This document shows positions 47,912 through 57,510 of a DNA stretch of 64,000 bases, piece after piece. Made by a program: the position numbers and the translations under genes. Positions within the stretch are counted from its first letter, which is position 1; every line of letters begins with the position of its first letter. Below the pieces are notes generated by a model, which did not search any database, had not been told where the DNA came from, and worked only from the letters and a program-made list of their open reading frames with translations. Source of the DNA: Nannocystis bainbridge (GTDB lineage: Bacteria > Myxococcota_A > Polyangia > Nannocystales > Nannocystaceae); the NCBI RefSeq assembly GCF_028368995.1, contig NZ_JAQNDL010000001.1, forward strand, positions 704,001 through 768,000, given 5' to 3'.

Positions 47912-47925
47912 GCGCCCCACCAGGG

Positions 47926-48033
47926 CAGCATATCCCCGCGGACATGCCCGTTCGCGCATGCCTGAACGAGCATGTGCAAACGCGCATGTGCGAACGAGCA
48001 TGTCCGAACGCGCATGTCCGAACGGACATGCTG
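47926..48033. repeat. 14-bp-phased CATG palindrome array (7 units + 1 degenerate), longest in window
   Basis: CATA 47929; CATG at 47943, 47957, 47971, 47985, 47999, 48013, 48027. Confidence 0.93.
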
Positions 48034-48469
48034 GTCCGGGGCTCCACCAGCGCCCCCGGGGACCGGCCGCGAGGTGCCCGGGGCCCGGCCGCGGTGTTTC
48101 GGTCCACCGATGCGAGACCGCGGCTCGCGCCTCGAACTCGCCGTGCCTCGCCCCCGTGCCCTTCGCACCGCGACGGCCCGAGCGAGCCGCGCGCCCGCGA
48201 GCGCGACGCCGCGGCCCCATTGTCAGCAGCAGGTCCCTCCAAACCAACCCGCACGGCGCGCTCATGCCATCACTCCCTCGCTCTGCGCGCCTACGCCCAT
48301 TGCGAGCACACGCCCTATCGATAGCCTCCCGGGGCCCCCGCTCCGCGTCTCGATCCCCCACCACGACAACCGCCGCCGATCGCCGATTCGCCGACTCGAT
48401 CCTCGTTCCTCGCGCCCCCGAGCGAACCCGCCCGCGCCCTGCCGACCGGCCGTGCTACCCTGCGCGGAC

Positions 48470-49471
48470 ATGTGGGCTCTGGACAATCGCACCGGCTACG
48501 CCGCGGCCCGCAACTGGGCGCGCGACAAGGACGGGGTGCACTGGTGGATCGTCGCCGTCAAGGCCACCTTCGACGTGAGCCCGCAGGGCCGCGCCGTGCT
48601 CGCCGACGTGCAGCCCGAGCCCGTGCTCGCCCCCGAGTATTTCGGCGATCCGGGCGCCTCCAGCCTGCGTCACGACTCCGACCTGCTCGCGCCCAAGCCC
48701 GGCACCGACGTGCTGGCGATCGCCCACGCCCACGCCCCCGGCGGCCGCCCGGCGACCGCCGTCCCCGTGACCCTGCGCGTCGGCGCCCTGACCAAGCAAT
48801 TGCGGGTCCACGGCGAGCGCACCTATGATTCGCTGGGCGTCGGCCTGTCCGCGCCGGAGCCATTCTCGACAGCCCCCATTCGCTACGAATACGCCTTTGG
48901 CGGCTTCGACACCGCCGACCCCGACCCGGCCCGCCAGCGCATGGACGAGCGCAACCCGGTCGGTCGCGGCTTCGTGCGCCGCTCGCTGACCCGCGCCGGC
49001 CAGCTCGCGCACGCCATCGAATATCCCGACGGCGATCCCGCCGACGCAGGCCCGGCCGGCTTCGGCCCCGTCGATCCGTCCTGGTCGCCGCGCCGCCAGC
49101 TCGCCGGCACCTACGACGCCCGCTGGGAGCAGACCCGGCGCCCGCTGCTGCCCGCCGACTACGACCCTGAATTCGCCATGAGCGCCCCCGCCGACCAGCG
49201 CGCCGCCGGCCCCGTCCTCGGCGAGCGCGTCGAGCTGCACAACATGACCCCCGAGGGCATTCTCCGCGTCGAGGTCCCCCGCGTCGCCCTCGCCTTCACC
49301 ACCCGCTTCGGCGCGCGCCGCCAGGAGCAGCCCTCGCGGCTGACCGCCCTGATCCTCGAGCCCGAGGAGCGCCGCCTGTCGCTGGTGTGGCAGAGCTGCC
49401 TGCGCGTCGCGGCGCCCGACGCCGACTACCTCGACGTCACGGAGATCCGCGAACACCGAGGTGCCGCATGA
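48470..49471 (+). CDS. DUF2169 family T6SS effector adaptor
   Basis: MWALDNRT...WIVAVKATF, DSDLLAPKPGTDV, VHGER, IRYEYAFGG, RNPVGRGF, PAGFGP...W.PR...AGTYD..W, APADQ. Confidence 0.92.
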   Translation: MWALDNRTGYAAARNWARDKDGVHWWIVAVKATFDVSPQGRAVLADVQPEPVLAPEYFGDPGASSLRHDSDLLAPKPGTDVLAIAHAHAPGGRPATAVPVTLRVGALTKQLRVHGERTYDSLGVGLSAPEPFSTAPIRYEYAFGGFDTADPDPARQRMDERNPVGRGFVRRSLTRAGQLAHAIEYPDGDPADAGPAGFGPVDPSWSPRRQLAGTYDARWEQTRRPLLPADYDPEFAMSAPADQRAAGPVLGERVELHNMTPEGILRVEVPRVALAFTTRFGARRQEQPSRLTALILEPEERRLSLVWQSCLRVAAPDADYLDVTEIREHRGAA

Positions 49472-49745
49472 ACGCGCCGATCGCCGACGGCGAGGCCCCG
49501 TCACTGCCCGCTCCGAGATCCCGCATGAACGCGCCGCCCAGCCCTGACAGCGCGCTCGGGTCACTCGCGCCGCGAACACCAAGGTGCCGCATGTACGCGC
49601 CGCCCAGCCCTGACCGCGCGCTACCGTCACGCCTCGCCCTCGCCCCGCGAACACCGAGGTGCCGCGTGAACGCGCCGCCCAGCCCTGACCGCGCGGTCCC
49701 GTCACGCCTCGCCCTCGCCCCGCGAGGTGCCGCGTGAACGCGCGG
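49451..49745 (+). repeat. tandem amplification of the stop/start gene junction (5 copies)
   Basis: GAGGTGCCGC-(A/G)TGAACGCGC-like units with start codons at 49468, 49525, 49591, 49666, 49734. Confidence 0.85.
49468..49737 (+). CDS. 89-aa repeat-derived bridging ORF
   Basis: MNAP...RMNAPPSPD...RMYAPPSPD...RVNAPPSPD...RGAA*; ATGA overlap with DUF2169 and GTGA overlap with the next gene. Confidence 0.4.
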   Translation: MNAPIADGEAPSLPAPRSRMNAPPSPDSALGSLAPRTPRCRMYAPPSPDRALPSRLALAPRTPRCRVNAPPSPDRAVPSRLALAPRGAA

Positions 49746-50783
49746 CTCGAAGTCGTCGCCATCGGCGCGCGCACCCCCGTCGGTCACGACGCGATCAGCA
49801 GCGCCGCCGCCGTACGGGCCGGCATCGCCCGCTGCAGCGAATATCCGTTCGCCACCCCCGACGGCGCCCCCCTGGTCGCCGCCGCCGACTCGCGCATCGA
49901 CCCGCTGCTCGAGGGCAATCCCCGGCTCGTACCGCTGCTCGCCAGCGCGCTCGCCGAGGTCGCCCGCACCCTCGCCCGCGGCGCCCCGCATGCCGGCCCG
50001 CAGCACCTCCTGCTCGCCCTCCCCGAGGCTCGCCCCGGCTTCGACAAGCGCGAGGCCGCCGAGCTCCTCGGCCTCGCTCTGGCCTGCCTGCGACGCCTGG
50101 GCGTGGCTGCCGAAGCTCGGGTCGCCGGCCACGGCCACGCCGGCGCCGTCCAGGCCGTCGAGCACGCCGCCCGCATCGTCGCCGCCGATCCCGACGCCCT
50201 GTGCTGGATCGCCGGCGTCGACAGCTGGCTGCACGCCGACACTCTGTTGTGGCTGGAGGACCAGCGCCGCTGCGCCCAGCCCGGTGTGCGCAGCGGCTTC
50301 ATCCCCGGCGAGGCCGCCGGCTGCCTCGCCCTGGCCAGCCCCGAGCTGCGCCGGCGCCTGCGCCTGCCGGCCCTCGCCCTCGTGCGCGGCGCCCGGACTG
50401 CCCGCGAGGCCCACCTGCGCACCAGCGACACCGGCACCTTCGGCGAGGGCATGCGCGACGCCGTCGTCGGCGCCGCCAGTGACCTGCGCCTGCCCGACGA
50501 GCGCATCGACACCCTCTACAACGACATCAACGGCGAGCGCTACCGCAGCGAGGAATGGGGCTTCGTGGCCCTGCGCACCGCCGAGCTGTGGAAATCGCTG
50601 CAATACGACGCCCCCGCCGATCGCTGGGGCGACGTGGGCGCGGCGACGGTGCCCCTCGCCGCCATCCTCGGGGTGCAATCTTTCCGCCGCAGCTACGCCT
50701 CCGGCCCGCGGGTCATGATCACCGCCGGCTCCGACGGCGGCCTCCGCGGCGCCCTGCTCCTCCAGCGCCCCGCGGGCCCCTGA
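49734..50783 (+). CDS. thiolase/beta-ketoacyl-synthase-like T6SS accessory protein
   Basis: GARTPVG...SAAAVRAGI, AGVDSW, GFIPGEAAG, DINGERYRSEEW, GDVGAA; canonical position between DUF2169 and DUF4150. Confidence 0.85.
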   Translation: MNARLEVVAIGARTPVGHDAISSAAAVRAGIARCSEYPFATPDGAPLVAAADSRIDPLLEGNPRLVPLLASALAEVARTLARGAPHAGPQHLLLALPEARPGFDKREAAELLGLALACLRRLGVAAEARVAGHGHAGAVQAVEHAARIVAADPDALCWIAGVDSWLHADTLLWLEDQRRCAQPGVRSGFIPGEAAGCLALASPELRRRLRLPALALVRGARTAREAHLRTSDTGTFGEGMRDAVVGAASDLRLPDERIDTLYNDINGERYRSEEWGFVALRTAELWKSLQYDAPADRWGDVGAATVPLAAILGVQSFRRSYASGPRVMITAGSDGGLRGALLLQRPAGP

Positions 50784-50800
50784 GACGCCTCGAGGTCCCG

Positions 50801-51976
50801 ATGTCCAGCATCTCCGTCAACCCGCCCAAGACGCCCGTCACCACCGGCAGCAACGGCATCGCCGCCGCCACCGTGCCCAACGTGTGCAAGATGCCGGGCC
50901 CGCCCGCCCCGTTCGTCCCGACCCCGCTGCCCAACATCGCCAAGTCCGGCAACTCGCCCAAGGATTTTTCAAAGAAGGTCACCTTCGACGGCTGCAAGGT
51001 CGCCATCAAGGGCGCGACCTTCAAGTCCATCGGCGACCTCGCCAGCAAGGCCACCGGCGGCGGCATCGTCTCGGCGAACGTCGAGGGCCCGGCCCGCTTC
51101 GTCGGCCCCGGCTCGCTCGACGTCAAGGTCGAGGGCAAGAACGTCCACCTGCTCAGCGACCCGATGCTCAACAACTGCGGCCCGAGCGGCAGCCCGCCGA
51201 ACGCCGCCACGCTGCTCGGCCTGGTCCAACCGACCGGCCTCGTCGCCCTCGTCGGCGACGAACAATGCGCCCTCTGCCACAAGTCCCACGGCGACGCGGC
51301 GCGGCTCGAGGAGACCGCCGACACCAGGGCCGACGCCAGCACCTTCCAGGCCGCGGCCACGGCGGCGCGGGCGAAGAAGATCAAGGTGCGCGGGACGATG
51401 CTGGGCGTCGTCCGCTGCAAGGACGATTTCGTCTACGCCGCCAACTCGGGCGGACAGATCCCCGAGCTTCACCAGGAACTCTCGAAAGAGTGGCACACCC
51501 CCGTTCCGGAGCGGCTGTTCGCGTTCGAGTCGCTCGTCGGCGACGAACGACGCGAGCAGTTCCAGGACATGTGGAAGAACCTTGGCGAGGCGAGTCGCGC
51601 CTGGAAAGCCCGCAAGGAGCTCAAGGACGCGACGAGGACGGAGCAGCAAAAAGAGAAGGACGCGGGCGAACCCTTCTATCCGCCAGGCTCCTGCGCCGCT
51701 CAGAAAGCCGTCGTGCTGGCACTGATCCACGGTGCCCGACCCGTGGGTCTCACCGAACGCTGGTCCAGTCCCACCGGCCCGAAGTCTCGCGTGCTGGTCC
51801 ACTTCCGTTCCAGGCCAGGCGGCAGGCGAAAGCTCGGTTACTTCGGCGGGGAAGATGCCGTACCGCCCTGTGGCACCTGTCAGGTGATGCTGACGATGTT
51901 GCTTTGCCCGGACGAACGCGCTCCCAAGTGCGATCACCAATCACCCGGTTCGCAGGTCTGTCGATGCACCCCGTAG
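50801..51976 (+). CDS. DUF4150 (PAAR-like) protein with C-terminal deaminase-fold-like toxin domain
   Basis: PNVCKMPGPPAPFVPTPLPNIA...S.DVKVEGKNV..L.DPMLNN; C-terminus YAANSG...PGSCAAQK...VPPCGTCQ; codon bias drops in the C-terminal half. Confidence 0.85.
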   Translation: MSSISVNPPKTPVTTGSNGIAAATVPNVCKMPGPPAPFVPTPLPNIAKSGNSPKDFSKKVTFDGCKVAIKGATFKSIGDLASKATGGGIVSANVEGPARFVGPGSLDVKVEGKNVHLLSDPMLNNCGPSGSPPNAATLLGLVQPTGLVALVGDEQCALCHKSHGDAARLEETADTRADASTFQAAATAARAKKIKVRGTMLGVVRCKDDFVYAANSGGQIPELHQELSKEWHTPVPERLFAFESLVGDERREQFQDMWKNLGEASRAWKARKELKDATRTEQQKEKDAGEPFYPPGSCAAQKAVVLALIHGARPVGLTERWSSPTGPKSRVLVHFRSRPGGRRKLGYFGGEDAVPPCGTCQVMLTMLLCPDERAPKCDHQSPGSQVCRCTP

Positions 51977-52704
51977 AAGATGAAATGGAACGCTTCCTCG
52001 CCCGGCTCATGCCTGGCATCGATCTCGGGTGGGAGGGAGCTTCGACGGCGGAGATCCGCGAGATCGAGGCCCTCGCCGGGCGTCCGCTCCCCGACTTCTA
52101 TCGCTGGTTCCTCGCGCGGATGGGGCGCAACATGGGAGCGCTCGGCTACGCCAGCGTCGACTTCTCCGCCGCCCGCATCCTCGCTTGCTATCGAGAAGAG
52201 CTCCGCAGTCCGGATCCTCGTTACCTCCTGATCGGTTATGAAGACGATCCGGTGGTCCCCATGCATACCTGGTACGATCTCGCTCGCCCGATGCGGGGTG
52301 ACGCGCTCGTGCTGAGTCGGGGCATCGGAGACCCGCTCATACAGCTCGACTTCGAGACCTTCCGTGAGCAACTCGCCTGGAAAGCGATGCTGAACTTCCG
52401 GCTCGACGCCTTGCCAGCATCATGCAAGGGCAGCTTCAAATCCCACCGGGCGGACGTGCGAGCCCGCCTCGATCAGGCAATGAACGCCTTGAACTTCGAG
52501 CAGCCCGTCCCCTCCGGAGATTTCTGCGGAATTTTCGATCGCACAGACGCCGCCATGATCTGCAGCGTCACCCCGAGAGAAGAACCGGAGAAGATCCTGT
52601 TCTTCCGGCTCGCCGCCGCGAATGCAGGTACCATGCGCCGGATCCTCGGCGTCATCGCCAGGGAGACGGACCTCGAGGTCGTGATCGATCCTGGACAACC
52701 GTGA
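51964..52704 (+). CDS. SMI1/KNR4 (SUKH) immunity protein
   Basis: GASTAEIREIEALAGRPLPDFYRWFLARMG; overlaps the toxin stop. Confidence 0.82.
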   Translation: MHPVEDEMERFLARLMPGIDLGWEGASTAEIREIEALAGRPLPDFYRWFLARMGRNMGALGYASVDFSAARILACYREELRSPDPRYLLIGYEDDPVVPMHTWYDLARPMRGDALVLSRGIGDPLIQLDFETFREQLAWKAMLNFRLDALPASCKGSFKSHRADVRARLDQAMNALNFEQPVPSGDFCGIFDRTDAAMICSVTPREEPEKILFFRLAAANAGTMRRILGVIARETDLEVVIDPGQP

Positions 52705-52797
52705 AGCGATGCGAAGCCTCGACCGCTAACCACGCACGCTCTGAAGGCGGCCTCGCCCGCATCATCGCGTCCCGTCGTTGACGGCATGGTCCCTTCG

Positions 52798-54027
52798 TCA
52801 CGCCGCCCGCCGCTCCCAGCGTAGCGGCAGCGAGCGCAGCCCTCGTAGGCTCGAGTAATCGTTCCAGTCCGCGCGGCCTTCCGCCCGGGCGAACGCCGGC
52901 AAGCGGCCGATCAGCTCCGTGAACGCGATCTTGCCTTCCAGCCGGGACAGCGGCGCCCCCACGCAGAAGTGGATCCCCTGCCCGAACGCCAGGTGACCGC
53001 GGGTATCGCGGTGAATGTCGAAGCGATCGGGCTCCGGGAATTGTCGCGGGTCGCGGTTCGCCGCGCTCAGCAGCAGCAGCACCAGCTCGCCCGCTGCCAA
53101 CTGCGTCCCCGCCACCTCGACCGCCGCCCTCGTGCGGCGGAACAGCATCGTCGCCGGCCCGTCGTAGCGCAGCACCTCCTCGATGAACGGCGGCACCAGC
53201 CCAGGATCGGCGCGCAGCTCCTCCAGCACCTCCGGGTGCTCGAGCAGCAGGTGCGTCCCTGTGGCGATCACATTGGTCGTCGTCTCGTTGCCTGCCACCA
53301 GCAGCAGCACCGCCGTCCCGAGCACCTCCCCGGCGGTGAGCGCTCCGTCCTCGCTCTCCGCGCGGACCAGCAGGCTGATCAGGTCGTCGCGCGGCCGCTC
53401 GCGGCGCGCCGCGATCATCGCCTGCAGGTATGCGAAAAGATCGCGTCGGCTCGCCACCAGCCGCACCGACTCCTGCCGCGACGCGCATTGCTCCCGCGTC
53501 ACCTTCGCCAGCGTCAGCAGATCATCGCTCCAGCGCTTGAACTCCGCCCCGCGCGCCGCATCGACCCCCAGCATCTCCGCGATCACCGTCACCGGCAGCG
53601 GGATCGCCAGGTCCGATACCACGTCGAATTGCTCGCGTTGCAAGATCGCATCGACCAGCCCGCTCGCGACCTGCTGCACCCGTCTCGCCAGCAGCGTCAT
53701 CGCCCGCGGCGTGAACGCGGCGCTGACCAGCTTGCGCAGCCGCGTGTGCTCCGGCGGGTCCGCGTTGAACATGCTCGGCCCACGCGCGCGCTCCAGCTCC
53801 TGCCACGCGCGCGCGTCGATGTGCGGCGGTCGCAGGCGATCGAGCCCCGTGTCCGACGAGAACAGCTCCGGCTGGCGGAGGATCCTCGCCACCTCCGCGT
53901 GGCGCGTCACGGCCCACCACCCGTAGCGCTGCAATCGATGGACCGGCGCCGCCTCGCGCATGTGGGCGAACAGCGGGTGCGGGTCGCTCGCCGCCTCGGG
54001 CGAGAACAGGGCCGTCGAGAAGTCCAT
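52798..54027 (-). CDS. cytochrome P450
   Basis: DPPEHTRLR, AGNETT, EEVLR, SAANRDP, HLAFGQGIHFCVG. Confidence 0.95.
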   Translation of the reverse strand: MDFSTALFSPEAASDPHPLFAHMREAAPVHRLQRYGWWAVTRHAEVARILRQPELFSSDTGLDRLRPPHIDARAWQELERARGPSMFNADPPEHTRLRKLVSAAFTPRAMTLLARRVQQVASGLVDAILQREQFDVVSDLAIPLPVTVIAEMLGVDAARGAEFKRWSDDLLTLAKVTREQCASRQESVRLVASRRDLFAYLQAMIAARRERPRDDLISLLVRAESEDGALTAGEVLGTAVLLLVAGNETTTNVIATGTHLLLEHPEVLEELRADPGLVPPFIEEVLRYDGPATMLFRRTRAAVEVAGTQLAAGELVLLLLSAANRDPRQFPEPDRFDIHRDTRGHLAFGQGIHFCVGAPLSRLEGKIAFTELIGRLPAFARAEGRADWNDYSSLRGLRSLPLRWERRAA

Positions 54028-54263
54028 GGCGTCCTCCACGCGGCCCAGGGTACGAGCGGCGCTCGCCGCAGCAACGCGACCACCGTGCGCGTGCCCGGGA
54101 GCCCGCAGAACCCGGCGCGCCTCGCCGCCGGCCTCACAGGCGCACGCAGCGTCGCCGCTGACCTCGGCGGGAGCCCCTCGCCGGCGCCCCCGCCGTCCTT
54201 CGCCCGCCCGAGCGCCGCTCCCGCCGGCGACGCTATCTCCTGGCGATCATCATGTGCCCTTCA

Positions 54264-54329
54264 GAACATGTCTCAAAGCACATGCCCCGAAGCCCATGCC
54301 CCGATAGACATGCCCTCACGGGCATGTCC
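54264..54329. repeat. 14-bp-phased CATG palindrome array (5 units)
   Basis: CATG at 54267, 54281, 54295, 54309, 54323, just past the stop of the P450 ending at 54336. Confidence 0.9.
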
Positions 54330-54335
54330 GAAAGT

Positions 54336-55613
54336 TCACCCGCGCACCGCCGGCACCGCCGCCGGCGTGCGGAAGAACAGGCTCGGCAGGTAGCTGCGGC
54401 GCGCTCCTTCGGCCAGGCGGAGGTTCGGCAGCGCCGCGCGCAGCGCCTGGATCGCCGCGCGGACCTCGAGCCGGGCCAGGCTCGCGCCGAGGCAGCTGTG
54501 CACGCCCCAGCCGAACCCGAGGTGGCGCGCGCCGTTCGGGCGGGTGAGGTCGAAGCGCAGCGGATCGGGGAACACGCGCGGGTCGTAGTTGGCCGCCCCG
54601 AAGAACGTCATCACCGTCGCGCCGGCCGGGATCTCCACCCCGCCCACGCTCGTCGCGCGGGTCGTGTGCCGCGGCTCCATCTGCACCGACGCATGCATGC
54701 GCAGGGTCTCCTCGATCGCAGCCTGCAGCAGCGCCGCGTCCTCCCCGACCCGCTGCCACAGCGACGGCTCGCCGAGCAGCGCGAACAGCAGCGAGCCCAT
54801 CAGGCTGGCCGACGTCTCGTAGCCCGCGAACAGCAGCACCACCAGGTGCGAGATCAGCTCCTCGGTCGACAACGCGTCCTCGCCCTCGCGCGCGCGCAGC
54901 AGCGCCGAGATCAGGTCGTCGGCCGGCTTGGCCCGGCGCTCGGCGATCAGATCGGCGTAGTAGCGCTGATAGGCGAGGAAGCCGTCGGCCGCGGTCAGCT
55001 TCGCCGCTTCATCCAGGGCGGGGTCGTACAATTTGAACCAGTCGTCTTGCCACAGCTTCAGCTGCGGCATGTCCTCGTACGGCACCCCGACCAGCGCCGC
55101 GATCACCCGCATCGGCAGCTTGAACGTGAAGTCGCGCATCATCTCGAGCTCGCCCTGCCCGCTGGCGAGCTCGGCCGCGAGCTCGCCGGCGAAGCGGCGG
55201 ATCTGCGGCTCCATCTCCGCCACCCGGTTCGGCGTGAACGCCTTCGAGAACAGCAGCCGCGCCCGCGTGTGCGACGGCGGGTCGTTGTTGAACAGCCCCG
55301 GCGGCAGCGGGAACGTACCTTGCTGCAGCCGCGCCAGCAGCTCGGGCGTGAACGGCACCACCGGCTCGAGCAGGCGCGCCGACGAGAACAGCCCCGGGTC
55401 GCGCAGCACGTGCATGACCTCCGCGTGGCTCGTCACCAGGTAGGCGAAGAACGCCTTGCTGTAGGCCACCGGCGCGCGCGCGTGGGCCTCCGCGTAGAAG
55501 CTGCGCGCCGGGTCCTCCTGGTACACCGGCGAGAACGGCTGGAACAGGTCGCCGACGGCGAGGCGCTCGGCCTCGGAAGCAGGTGAAGGGGACACGCGGG
55601 CGTCGTCGGTCAT
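54336..55613 (-). CDS. cytochrome P450
   Basis: DPPSHTRAR, AGYETS, EETLR, AANYDP, HLGFGWGVHSCLG. Confidence 0.95.
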   Translation of the reverse strand: MTDDARVSPSPASEAERLAVGDLFQPFSPVYQEDPARSFYAEAHARAPVAYSKAFFAYLVTSHAEVMHVLRDPGLFSSARLLEPVVPFTPELLARLQQGTFPLPPGLFNNDPPSHTRARLLFSKAFTPNRVAEMEPQIRRFAGELAAELASGQGELEMMRDFTFKLPMRVIAALVGVPYEDMPQLKLWQDDWFKLYDPALDEAAKLTAADGFLAYQRYYADLIAERRAKPADDLISALLRAREGEDALSTEELISHLVVLLFAGYETSASLMGSLLFALLGEPSLWQRVGEDAALLQAAIEETLRMHASVQMEPRHTTRATSVGGVEIPAGATVMTFFGAANYDPRVFPDPLRFDLTRPNGARHLGFGWGVHSCLGASLARLEVRAAIQALRAALPNLRLAEGARRSYLPSLFFRTPAAVPAVRG

Positions 55614-55751
55614 CGCCTCCAGGGGTTACCAGACTCGCCCGCCTGCGAGCAATCGCCGGCGGTCGCGCGCACGGGCGCCCATGCATGTGCAAGCGGGTCC
55701 GCGTCCGCCGAGTCCGAAGCGGGGGACCGGGCCCCCCCTGGACGGACACGT

Positions 55752-55789
55752 GCCCGTGCTCTTTCGAACATGTCCTGGAGGACATGTAC
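55752..55789. repeat. 14-bp-phased CATG array (2 units + 1 degenerate) between divergent genes
   Basis: CGTG 55755; CATG 55769, 55783. Confidence 0.65.
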
Positions 55790-55951
55790 CGAAGATCACG
55801 CTGTGATCGCCGCGTTCACCGTGGCGGTCGAATGAGACAGTGGCACACACGAAACACCGCGGACAGCGCGTTGGGGGCTCTGATACCGTTGTTCCGACGC
55901 GGCGACATATGCGCCGCGCGTCGACATCAGCAGCCTCGAGGAGTTTTCGAA

Positions 55952-57421
55952 ATGACGATCCCTAGCACCCGACGAGCCTTCTTGCGTGGCGGCGCGGCCG
56001 CCGTCCCCGTCCTCGCCTTCAGCCCGTCGGCCCATGCCTGGCTGGCCTGCACCGACGCAGCCGCCGACGCGATCGCGATCCCTGGCCTCGACGGCGAGCT
56101 CTTGACCGCCCCAGCCGACCGCGCCGCCGCGGCCGACGACTGGGGTCACATCGTCAGCGACATGCCGCTCGCGGTCCTCGTGCCCGCCTCGGTCGACGAC
56201 GTTCGCAAGGCCGTCAAGTTCTGCCGGAAGCACTGCATCAAGGTCGGGCCGATGAGCATGGTCGGCAACAGCCACAGCACGCAGGGTCAGTCGCAGGCCA
56301 AGTGTGGCCTCGTGATCGACATGTCGGGGCTCTCGGAGATCCACGCCGTCAACGCCACCGACGCGGTGGTCGACGCCGGTGTGCGGTGGTTCGAGCTGCT
56401 GCAGCAGACCCTGCCGCTCGGCAAGAGCCCGCCCGTGCTCACCGACCACATCGACCTCAGCGTCGGCGGCACGCTCTCGGTCGGCGGCATCGGCGGTCAG
56501 ACCCCGCAGCACGGCCTACAGGCCGACAACGCGCTCGAGCTGTGGGTCGTCACCGGCGACGGTGACCTCGAGGTGTGCTCGCCGACCAGCAACGCCACCC
56601 TCTTCAACAGCGTGCGCGGCGGCCTCGGGCAGTTCGGCATCATCGTCAAGGCGCGCGTCAAGCTGATCGCCGTCAAGCCGCTGGCGCGCCGCTACTCCGC
56701 CGTCTACGCCGACGTCGCCACCCTGCTGGCCGACCAGGTCGCGCTGATGAACGAGGGTCGGTTCGACTACGTGGAGGGCCTCGCCTTCCCGCAGCCCGAC
56801 GACAGCTACGTGCTCACGATCGAGGCCGTCAAGTACTTCGACGCCGGCTCGCCGCCGAATGACGCCGCCATGATCGCCGGCCTCCATTTCATCCCCGGCA
56901 CCGACACGGCCGAGACCCTGCCGCTTTACGACTTCTACAACCGCCTGGAGCCGATCGTCGAGTTCACCAAGTTCACCTGCGAGTGGTACCTGCCCCACCC
57001 GCTCACCGACTTCTTCCTGCCGCTCTCGGAGGCCGCCGACTTCATCGAGTCGACCCTCGCCCAGACCCCGGCCGTCGACGTCGGCTACGGCCCCGTGCTC
57101 ATCTACCCGTTCCCCAGGGCCAAGGTGACCGCGCCGTTCATCCCGCTGCCCAACGAGAAGGTGACCGTGCTGTTCTCGCTGCTGCGCTGGGCGTCCTCGG
57201 CGGACCCTGCGGTGGCGGCGGACCTGGTGGAGAAGAACCGCACGGTCTACGAGGGTGTGCGTGAAGTCGGCGGAAAGCGCTACTCGATCGGCAGCGTCGA
57301 GCTGTCGTTCGCCGACTGGATCCTCCACTTCGGCGCCCGTTGGCCGCAGTTCTTGGCACGCAAGTTGATCTTCGATCCCAAAAACACCCTGACGCCCGGC
57401 CAGGGCATCTTCCCTTGGTGA
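55952..57421 (+). CDS. Tat-exported FAD-binding oxidase, cytokinin dehydrogenase-like
   Basis: TRRAFL Tat motif; SHSTQGQSQ, LSVGGTLSVGGIGGQ, LELWVVTGDG, GGLGQFGII, PHP, GPVLIYP, FDPKNTLTPGQGIF. Confidence 0.88.
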   Translation: MTIPSTRRAFLRGGAAAVPVLAFSPSAHAWLACTDAAADAIAIPGLDGELLTAPADRAAAADDWGHIVSDMPLAVLVPASVDDVRKAVKFCRKHCIKVGPMSMVGNSHSTQGQSQAKCGLVIDMSGLSEIHAVNATDAVVDAGVRWFELLQQTLPLGKSPPVLTDHIDLSVGGTLSVGGIGGQTPQHGLQADNALELWVVTGDGDLEVCSPTSNATLFNSVRGGLGQFGIIVKARVKLIAVKPLARRYSAVYADVATLLADQVALMNEGRFDYVEGLAFPQPDDSYVLTIEAVKYFDAGSPPNDAAMIAGLHFIPGTDTAETLPLYDFYNRLEPIVEFTKFTCEWYLPHPLTDFFLPLSEAADFIESTLAQTPAVDVGYGPVLIYPFPRAKVTAPFIPLPNEKVTVLFSLLRWASSADPAVAADLVEKNRTVYEGVREVGGKRYSIGSVELSFADWILHFGARWPQFLARKLIFDPKNTLTPGQGIFPW

Positions 57422-57510
57422 TGGCGAACTCGGCGCCGCGCGCGGCCTCGCTCGCGGCGCGATTCAACGTGCACCCAACACCCTGCCGGTCCGCTATCCT
57501 GACCGCGCGC

